Part shown: one piece after another, positions 10,662 through 20,000 of the stretch
Layout: each line of letters opens with the position of its first letter
Position numbering within the stretch: the stretch's first letter is position 1
Assembly (NCBI GenBank): GCA_900088475.1
Contig: FLMG01002199.1
Location: forward strand, 1-34,815
Length of the DNA stretch: 34,815 nt
Reading direction: 5' to 3'
Source of the DNA: Hyphochytrium catenoides
Taxonomy: Eukaryota > Protista > Hyphochytriomycota
The notes under the pieces: generated by a model
Told to the model about the DNA's origin: nothing
What the model saw: the letters and a program-made list of their open reading frames with translations, nothing else
The model's database searches: none
Position numbers and translations under genes: made by a program

Positions 10662-13176
10662 TAGGGAAAGAGGCAGGGAGAGAGACAGAGAGAGAGAGAG
10701 AGAAAGAGGGAAAGAGAGAGCGAAAGAGAGAGCAACCTAGGAGAAAGGGAAACAGGATCAGCGATTTAACCCAGAACCCCTACATAATAGAGCAATCGGA
10801 GGCGATAGAGACACAGAAAGGGTACCACTTACGGCCCCCCGTCTCCTATGAACTCGACGGCAACCACGCCCTGACCGTCAGGCGTGCAGAGCGCCGATGT
10901 CCCGTGATAAGAGACAGATACTTCAGATACCATGGGAAGGCTCTTATTATATCATATGTGGTTTTCAGGAGAGGAGCACGGAAAGAGAGAGGATGGGAGA
11001 AGAGGGAAGAGAAGGTAGGGCGATGAGAAGACCTAAACCCATAAGAGAGAAGATAGGAAAGGATTGGCTCAACTATCGTGCGCAGAATAGCAACGCCGAG
11101 ATCGTGGCAACGGAGGAGTGAAAGGAGAGAGAAAAGCTGAACGGCGAATGATGGAACGTACATCCAGGTAAAGCATTAAGCAGCTGCAGTCAGACTTTAG
11201 TGGGGAAGAACAAAGAATTTGATCTGCGCTACCAAGTGTACGGAGCAACAGGCGGAGGCTGAGACAGTCAGGGTGAGAGAGGAGATAGAGAACGAAGAGA
11301 GAGGAGAGTGGTGAGAGAGAAAGAAAGAGAGAGGGAGAGCAAAGAGAGTGCTTGAAAGAGAGAACTAGAGGAAACTAGAGGAAATAAAAGAGTAGAATAG
11401 CTATTCGATTATGTTCTCTCACCTCCAACGCCCTCTTGAGCTCTGTGGCGCTATAATGGGCCTTGACCTCTACTCTATGTCGCTTGAAGGAGAGCTCAAA
11501 GGCTCCCTTCAGCGCTTGACAGGAGAAGAGCTGAAGCTCTGTCTCTTGGCCCGCGGTCATGGGGTCATCTCCCCTTGGACAGGTCGCTAGGAACAGAAAG
11601 ACGCAAGAAGGAAAGAGGGGCGGTGATGACTACGGCGCGTTCCGAGGAAGAAGGGAAGAAAGATATATGTAAAGAGATCTTTTAGAGAGAGGAGAAAGAT
11701 CTTTAGGTGATGAGCAGCGTGAATCAGGAACAAAAATGGCGCAAAGTTCAATGATGTTCCTCTTTCCCACTTTCCTTCTCTTTCTGCTGTGTGTCTCTTT
11801 TTTTCTCTCTCTCTCTGTCTCTCTCTCTGTCTCTCACACACACACTCTCACTCTTCTCGGCTCTTCCTCTCTCTCTCGGCGTCTTTCTCTCTTTTTCTCT
11901 TTCTTCTCTCCCTTTATCATCTCCTCCATGTCCCCTGTCGATTGTGTCCCAAACTATGTTTGCCCTTCATTCTCTCACCTAATGAGCAGTCATGGCCCTC
12001 ATATCCCGGCTCACAAAAGCAGCCAAAGATAGAGTCTCTATCCCAGGCTAGGTCATAGGGAAAGTCGATCTCGCTCTCCGCATTTTCCTGAGCCAGTTCC
12101 TTCAGAGAGAGACACAGGCCTCTGCCATTGCAGTTATTGGGACAACTCACTAAGAAGACAAATCGTTTGGGAGCAGCAAACGAAATGAAACGGGGAGAAG
12201 AACAGGGAAGGGACGATTGAACAGAGAAAGAGTTAAAAGAAAGAGAGAAAAAGAGTAAGTGTGAAAGGCAGGGAGAGCGAGAGAGAGGGAGAGAGCGTGA
12301 GAGAGAGAGAAAGAGACAGAGACAGCAGGGGAGAGATCAATGAGTTTAAGGCAGATGAGACGGCTGGAAGATAGTAGCAGGTGTAAAGAAGTAAGAGCAC
12401 GAGCAGCAATTGAAGACATTCTCTCTCTCCGCTCGTCTACACTCTTTCTGGTTGTACCACTTACTCCTTTGGCAAGCAGCCCCTTCAAATCCTTTGTCAC
12501 ATTGGCATCTCCCCCGCTCTTTGTCACAGCTCCCTCTCCCACTGCACTCAGAGAGCTGCTCATGCACCATATCATTGGAGAGAGGAGGCCCGAACCAGGA
12601 GGAGCCCAGAGGGCAGGTTCCTGGTATATGTAGCAGAGAAGACGCGTCAGTGAGGAAGAGAGATGATCAATAATGGACCGTGATGGCCCGCGCGATGTGT
12701 TCCTTTGCGGTTTATCCGCCATCCTCTCTCCCTTCTCTTTCTCTCTTTAATACCTGCCCTTCTTCTCCGCAGCCGTCGAGATCGATTCACCAGTCTCTTT
12801 GGCCCTCTGCCTCAGTGTATGTTCGGGTCGCTGTCTTCATGGTCCGCATCTCTTTCTACTTCTCTCTTCCCTTCTTCTACCTCACGCCTTCTACCACTTC
12901 TCGTCTTCAAACACTTGCCGCTGTTCTATCATCTCTCTCTCAGACTCTCTGTCAGTGTCAGTAGCCAACAGCCCTGATCATTGACTTTGTCTTACGTTCT
13001 CGGCAGTCGACGCCAGTGTATCCCTTGGAGCACACGCAGTGATCGGTAGTGGTCTGACACTCGCCATGTCCGCTGCATATTCTAGGCGGCGAGAGTTGGA
13101 AGTTCATAGGACAGGAGAGAGTGACTGACAAGAAGGAAGAGAAGAGAAGAGTAAAGAGAAAGATGAGAGAGTCCAT
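6417..13176 (-). CDS. Secreted EGF/tenascin-like repeat protein, stramenopile mastigoneme (flagellar hair)/Sig-like family, ~690 aa, ~15 exons
   Basis: Phase-consistent GT-AG exons: 13176-12996, 12620-12465, 12149-11979, 11586-11423, 10942-10833, 10524-10373, 10148-9989, 9688-9606, 9287-9132, 8820-8593, 8304-8249, 7850-7724, 7282-7184, (N gap)-6840, 6516-6417 (TGA). Signal-peptide-like start MDSLIFLFTLLFSSFLSVTLS. Motifs CSGHGEC, CPxGxSWF..H...ECSxRGxCD..G.C.C..GF.GAAC, WD.D...GC.C..G..GHDC, CP.GDDP.T.GQ and SS(N/D)GKG..G..GDCG are typical of this family. Confidence 0.85.
7381..7476. repeat. (CT)n microsatellite in an intron
   Basis: Imperfect CT dinucleotide run of ~95 nt. Confidence 0.9.
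7955..8040. repeat. Compound (GA)n-(GACA)n microsatellite in an intron
   Basis: gagaga... followed by gacagacagaca... and then more GA repeats. Confidence 0.9.
8485..8530. repeat. Perfect 23-bp tandem duplication in an intron
   Basis: GAGAGAAGAAGACAAGGATCCTC x2. Confidence 0.9.
10630..10732. repeat. (GA)n microsatellite cluster in an intron
   Basis: Several GA runs read directly from the sequence. Confidence 0.85.
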
Positions 13177-13334
13177 TCTGCTGCCCTGTCCTCGGACTTC
13201 TCCGCCTTCGATTAGCAGCAGGGAAGGTCAAAAGGAAAGGAAGAAGGTGAAAAAGGGGAGAGAAGCAGTTTTGGTGGCTCAGATTGGCTTCTCTCCTTTC
13301 ATACTTTGCCTTAATCACTTCTTGATCCGAACAG

Positions 13335-13925
13335 ATGATGAGCGGCAAGCCTGCCTCCGACCTTGGGTGGATGATGCTTCGTCCAAGAGCACGGACGGCA
13401 CCAAGAAGAGGAACTATCTTCTGTCTGACCCCCGACGTAAGGGTACTCTTGGACAATCTTGACAGCCGAGGATCAAGAGAGCGAAGAAGAGACAGGAGGA
13501 GGGAGAGGGACGTGAGCNNNNNNNNNNNNNNNNNNNNNNNNNNNNNNNNNNNNNNNNNNNNNNNNNNNNNNNNNNNNNNNNNNNNNNNNNNNNNNNNNNN
13601 NNNNNNNNNNNNNNNNNNNNNNNNNNNNNNNNNNNNNNNNNNNNNNNNNNNNNNNNNNNNNNNNNNNNNATCTGCAGCCAAAGAGAACATTGAAGTGGAT
13701 GTCAAGATAGCGGTTCTCGATGGTTCAAGGGAGAGAGAGAAAGACATAAGGATGGCGATGATGATGGAGTCAAAAGGGAGAGAGAGAGAGGGAGAGGGAG
13801 AGAGAAAGGGAGAGAGAGAAAGGGAGAGAGAGAGAGAGAAAGGAGAGAGGGAGGAAGAGTCACTTGCAGACATGAGGCTTGAAACCACCGCGAAGAAAGT
13901 CGGTTACTACAACAAGGACCTGTGA
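13335..13925 (+). CDS. Hypothetical protein (orphan), interrupted by a 152-nt N gap
   Basis: ORF begins right after a polypyrimidine+CAG (13334), with a possible GTAAG donor at ~13437. The post-gap segment SAAKENIEVDVKIAVLDG...LADMRLETTAKKVGYYNKDL* is followed by an AT-rich 3'-UTR-like tract (13926-14010) facing the Nup96 stop. No recognised domain; the frame across the gap is unverified. Confidence 0.3.
   Translation: MMSGKPASDLGWMMLRPRARTAPRRGTIFCLTPDVRVLLDNLDSRGSRERRRDRRRERDVSXXXXXXXXXXXXXXXXXXXXXXXXXXXXXXXXXXXXXXXXXXXXXXXXXXXSAAKENIEVDVKIAVLDGSREREKDIRMAMMMESKGREREGEGERKGEREREREREKGEREEESLADMRLETTAKKVGYYNKDL
13518..13669. other. Assembly gap (N run); other gaps at 807-844, 2573-2608, 6923-6948, 25893-25946
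   Basis: N runs in the sequence; several sit next to CT/GA microsatellites. Confidence 0.99.
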
Positions 13926-14039
13926 TAATCAATAACATTTAGTTCCTTTACTTTATATAGCAAAAAATGACTTCCAATCTGTTATTTTCTGATTGATAAC
14001 TAATGCTCAAGCTGACGTTTGATAACCAATAAGGGCGAG

Positions 14040-17000
14040 TCATGCTTCTTGCTGCCGCCAGTGGACGAAGCGCTGGAAGATGTGAGGCAGGTGCTCAGAC
14101 CTGAACTTCTCTCCAAAGTAGTCAGAAGAGGAAGAGGCGCAGAGCTGCTCGAGCTTCGCGCTGTCGAGAAAGAAAGGAGGAGCACGACCTGTCTCTTCCT
14201 CCTCCCCCAGCGCATCCTTGAGGTCCTCTAGCTTCAGCCGTAGGGCTGTCGCTCTCACTAGCAACAAGGGGTGGATAGAAAGAGCAGTTAGGTGTCAGAG
14301 AGCAGCAATAATCGGAAAGAAAGAGAAAGAGCGAAGAAGAGACAGAGAGCAGAGCCCAAAGAGTTTTAGGGTTAGGGTTAGGCAATCTGCTAGAGAGAGA
14401 GATGGCTGGCAGAAGAGGGAAAGAGGGATGGCTTGTTTACCTGATAAGAAGTGATACATAGAAGAGATGCAGACTCTTTGCTTCCACTCGTCTTCTTCCA
14501 AAATCCAGCCAGTTGATGGCCTCCAATGCCTATGACGACGACAGAAGCTGAGTCCTAGTCCTTGCCACCAGTCGCGACCTCTTTCTAGTTTCTCTTCCCA
14601 TCCTAAGGTCTAAAGCACCTCTTCCCCGTAACTTTCGCCCTTTCTCTCAAATCGTTATCACTGTCTCGAGGAGCTTCCTCACGTGCTCAGTGCACCTGCT
14701 CTCCCCTACTCCCACTCTAAGACCTCACCTCAAGTTGGCGGACACCCTCTCTATCTCCTCGAGGAACATCTCTAGGTTCTCCCTCAGCTTCAGCCAGTCC
14801 GCCGTGTCCTCGAGCTTGTACTCCAGCAGACGGAGGTATTCTAAGTATAGACCACCGTTGAGGCCCCACTCCTATTGAAGAACGCCGTTAGCCTCTAAAA
14901 GAGTAGGTCCCACCAACCTAGCGGATAGCGGAGAGACGATCGAGTAATAGAAAGAAAAACATGACAGAGAAGAAGCTCGAAGAGCGGCCACAGCACGACT
15001 GTCAGGTAGGGTAGGAAGATAGTCAGGCAGGAAGAACCCAGTGCCTGCTTATCGCTCTTTCAACTTCCTCCCTCTTCTCTGTCTCTTTCCCATTCTGTGG
15101 ACGCGAAAAGCGACATCTTTCTCTTTCTCTCTCTTCCCTTCACCTTCTCAGCCTGCCCCTTCTCAGCCTGTCTTTAGCTTACCGATAACTGCGAGAGGTC
15201 GTCGCAGCCTTCCTGTATGGCCTCCAGAATCTTCCTGAGCACCGAGTAGTCTGCTTGGAAGATGCAAGACGGTGACAGCCTGTGGCAACAGACCCTGTGC
15301 GCCTCCTCCCACTCTCTGCAGGCAATAAGCTGGGCGATCTCCTCTGAGTAGTTCCGGTCGTAACGAGCGCGAATCGACTTCGCCTCCGCAATCCACTTAG
15401 CAATCAGCGCCAACATAACGACCAGCATGGGCGAGAGAAAGAGAGAAAGAAGAGAACCAACAGATGAATGTTAGCTAAGCTGGATCATAACTCATGCTCA
15501 GGTAGCCGATGGCTCGGAAAGGGTCTCTCTGCGGACCAAAAGCTCTTTTTTCCCTTCTTCCTAGCGCGATCGACCCAGTTCCCCGCTAACTCTGGCTGGT
15601 TCGACGCATTCTCTTCAGTTCTCTACGCCCCGTTCTAGCTCTCGGTCAAAGTATAGCCGTCCCTCTCTTGTCTCTCGTTTCCAGTGTCTCACGTCGAAAT
15701 TTCCGTCACTTAGGTCATAAAGTTGTTCGCTGCACTACTTTGACTAAGAACTTACAGTGTCTGGCACTCTCAGCCTCTGAGTGACAAACTCAACCTTCTC
15801 CTTGTACTCTTTGCTATCGTAGAAGCTCCAGTGCGGGCAGTTTCTGTGGAGAATGGCGCGCACTGCGGCTTCTCTTCTCTGTTGATCTGGAAGAGAAAGC
15901 GCCACATACACAGCCCAATGCCATTCTCCCCTCTCCTCTAACTCCCGCTGATATGAGGAGAATATAATAGACTTTGCCTCTATGTCAACATTCTGCCCAA
16001 GTGCCTGCAGAAAGCCAAAGGAAAAGAAATATGAACAACTTGTAAGGCGCAGCTTGCCAGGTCTCCTACGTCAACCCCTTTCAGGTGTCCGTCTCTCCAC
16101 ATGTTCAGACTGCACTCCTTTCTCATGGTGTCTCTCTCTTGCTCTTGTACTCTCTTCTTTCTCTCTCTCTGTTCCTCGAAGTCGAAGTTCGTTGTTCTTT
16201 GGCAGCGGATGTGGTACTTTTGCACGCCGCTCCCGCTGTCCCGACCATAAATACCCTTCTGTCACTCTAGTTCCCTGCATTAGCATATCCATGTCCCTGA
16301 GTCCCCCGCCTACCTCGAGTATGCTGCAGAGATGCCATGAAAGCGAATAGTCTAGAGGGTTCGAAGTGTGAGAGAAAGAGTCCAGCACGGCCCGTATGCC
16401 GCTCCCAGTGCTGCAGTACAAGCTCATCAAGTGGAAGAGGATGTCCCTCTTGCCCTTGAGCCACTGGCGCACATCTCGCTGTTCCTCACTCTCCCCTAGC
16501 TCGTCTTCTCTCTCCAATCTCTCTCTAACATAGGCTGGCCGCGGCACCTGCACAAGACCCGCCTGTTCTGCCTTAGAGAAAGCATCGAGTGCATCACCTA
16601 GCCTCTCTCCTGGCCCATGCCGGTACCACAGGAAGAGGCCTAAGGCAGCCTTCCAGTCTAAGCCCTTCAGCCTATCAACCTTAGGACAGCCAGGCAGAAA
16701 GGATAGCGTGAGATGTGAAAGATGATATAGAGTACCGTCTATGGGAGGCAAAAGTCAACCGAAGCGTGAAACGGAGGGTAGAACGTCCAGCAAGATCTCA
16801 GAACTTCCATCAGGCAATAAGAGAATAATAGGGCCAACAGAATAGAAGAGTAACACTTGCTCTTTACTCTTCGTCTATCCAGGACGAGGTCTGTCGATAG
16901 TTCATGCAAACGTACATTCTCAACATTTCCCGCCATCAGCTCGTAGAGACGTATGATACCGCGATCAATGTGGGCTGCACTACCGTCTTGGTACCAGAGC

Positions 17001-20000
17001 TCCAGCTAAGAGTGAGAAAGAGAGAACATCTTAGAACGCCCAAGAAGAACTTCAGTACCAAGACACTCTAGACTAAATGTTGCCGCCCCATAAGCGGAGG
17101 CAGGGACAGCGAGTGGAAGTTCTTATAGAGTCTTGAACCATGTAATCCAGCTTATCCCGCCGCCACCAGCCTGACATGCCTCCGCAACTTTTGTTCTTAC
17201 CTGGTCTTTGATGCTATCCCTAAACTCCTCATCATGGTAACCTTGTATCTGGGCGAGAAGGAGAGAGAGACGAGGACAGCCAGAGCGAAAAGCAATCTCC
17301 GCTGCATCCTCAACTTTGTTTTCACAAAGCCTCTCAAAGATGAGAGAGAGATCATCAGATTCGGTCCCTCTTTCTCTGTCGTCTTCTCTACCAGCAAGGA
17401 CGTCTCTAAACCAGGAAGATATCGCTTCTCTCCTCCTATCCAATAACTGGTAATTTGAGAGATCATCGAGCAATCGACTGTCAGCATCCACAGGCATAAG
17501 CTCTTTCTTTGACTCTTCGGGATCTTGAGTGGTCCGCTCCTGCCCAGGCACCAAGAGAGCGGGGAGTTGTTAATAGGGCTACTGTGTATGGATGCAGTGA
17601 TAGGAGACACTAGGTGGCACATTTACGGACTTAAGAGACTTTCTCTTAGTCTCCACCTTTTCAATGAGATAGCTCGAGCGCTCACCTGGCCCCAAAGAGC
17701 ATTTACTAGCGTCCAGACCCTTGCCTGTACGACCGTCGAAGGAGAGGACGAATGCAATCCTTGCCCAGCAAATGCTTTGACATAGCTCTGAAGAGTGGGC
17801 GCCATTGCAGCCGCTCCTTCAGGGAGTGAGAAACACTTGACGGTTTCCCGACCTGTGACAGTAGCGAAAGAGAGTAATAAGGCCATCAGGAACAAGACTC
17901 CACGCGCAAAGTTTTAGCGAGATAACAAACAAGAGATGAAGAAATGCTTAAGAGCATCTGTGCTTACCGGTGTCTCCTTCTTCTACGGTTCCAGAGGTGG
18001 CTTCGAGATGTACTTGTAGTCCTAAGGTTGGCGAGAGTTTGGAAGATGCAGCCGGTGGGCTGTTGCTGGCGTCTCGCCTAAAGAGAGAGAGGGGTCGCTC
18101 CAGGAGCACACGGTGGGTCCGTCCCACCTGCTCGTCCGCCATACATAGACTACGCCCGAGGTTCACCAGTTCCCCTATGAAGACGAGGACGATATGGCAA
18201 GACCCAAACGAGATAGAACGCTAGTCAGAACCAATGCTAGCGATCCGGCAGAGACTAGAGACAAGATGAACCTGCGAGACAACGAGGTACAACCACGAAG
18301 GAAGAGGGAAACCTCAAAGTGTCACAACGAGAGATCCAACCGGACTGAGCTCTTACCGTTAGGTCCCCAGGAACATCTGAAAGATCGGCCCAGAAATAGC
18401 GCCATATCCGTTCGGGACCGAACCTTCCCAGGCCCATCCATAGCCTCAGCGGCGATTTGGAAGGTCCGAGAAGATGTATCTGGAGCTCGCTTAAAGGGGA
18501 AATCAGGAAGAGTGAGTATGGAAAGAGAATGCTAGTTCCAACGGATCAAGGAAGAGCAAAAATTAAGAGACAGGTATCCCCGTATCAGAGCGGATGAACA
18601 AGAGACAATGGCCCAAGGAAAGACAGAAAAGAGGAAAATCATTGAGGACGTTCGCCGGAAGAGAGTATGCAGTGCTTTATGCAGGACCTGTTCCATGGAG
18701 TAGAAGGCGGCAGGAGGCTTTATCATAGCCACAGCGACTGATGGAGGTGGGAGGAGAGCCAGGGCAGATGCAGGAGGGCCCTCTGGAGCAGAAGATCGGG
18801 TTTGTGCAGCCCGAACGGAGCTTCGCGTCTTCATTTGATGACGGACGGGGATTCTATTGGAGAGAATGAGAGAGGACAACGGTTAAACGTTACCTACAGG
18901 TAGGAGCTCCCTTCTCTTCTTTCTGTTCTGTCAATAACTCTAACCCTACATCCGACAAGTGCGCGGTGGTCCATCCTTCGGTGAAGCCCCAACAAGGCTT
19001 TCGCTGACTTTGCCTCTAAGAACATCAAGGGGACTTTTCCACCGCTCAGTCTTCTTCCCCTTTCAATACTGATAAGTTCTAGAGCTTCCTGCACGATGGG
19101 ATGTGCGCCTTGGCATTCTCGTCACTAGGTCACTCCTAAGACCCCTAACGTTTCCCCCGAGGACTCACGAACCTTTCCTTCTTCAAACTTCTGGTCAGTC
19201 TTCTTTCAGCAACCTCTTGCCTCTCTCTGTCTTCTCTTGGCTTTTGTGGAAAGAATGAGGATTGCAGAGCATGGAGGTTCGATGGGTCCAAACCTAACTT
19301 CATAGGCAAGGAGCCAGCTAGAGTGGGAGGGGAAGACGAGGACCGAAGAGAATCTCTAAGATTGCTTCTAGCAAAATCGTTCTCCACGACCTCTCTTCCC
19401 TCTCCTTCTGAATCCTCTTCCTCCGAGTCACCAGGAGCTGAGAACTTGGAGCTAGCAGCTGAAAGAGGAACGAGAGGCGTAGTAGGCTTTGGAAAGGGTG
19501 TGGCTTTCTCTGTCACGCCACGGGCAAGATTCTTTCGTGGAGTGTCTCCAGAGTTGACCTTAGGGGACTTGTGGACGCCTCCCTTGGGTCTCTCTTCGTC
19601 ATCTTCATCATCACTATCGTCCAGGCCATATCGGGAGAAATGTTCAGCTCTGAAGCACCAGCGGCCAGTCTCAGGGGAGTAAGAAATAAGAGTGGCACCA
19701 CTCTTCGCTGTTCTCTGCTCCACCCTTCGCACATACTTCGCCCTTGCCTCGTCTGTGTCTTGTGCAGGAAGAATGCCTGATAGAACGCAAAACGGTAGCA
19801 AGTCAAATGAGAGAGAGGAGAGATGAAGAGAAAGCAACGGGTGAGTCTACCTTCTAACGTGATTATGGCTGGCTTGTTCAGTTCCTCGCCCTCTGGGGGC
19901 TTTTTCTCCTCATCTGGATAAACGGTGACCGCTCTTTGTCCAATATGAACCAATTCGTCCAGATCTAAACCACTAACGTCCGTCACGCCCAGCCACCGGA

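Noticed and set aside
6417-13176. Calling the EGF gene tenascin or teneurin
   Set aside because: No FN3, fibrinogen, YD or transmembrane segments; the spacer motifs fit stramenopile mastigoneme-like proteins better.
31-13938. Many L/S-rich or R/E-rich ORFs (LSLSLS, RERERE) in the ORF track
   Set aside because: They are translations of CT/GA microsatellites, which lack stop codons, and lie in introns or antisense to real exons.
14019-14231. Plus-strand 70-aa ORF
   Set aside because: Antisense to the terminal Nup96 exon (14227-14040), which splices in phase with the upstream exons.
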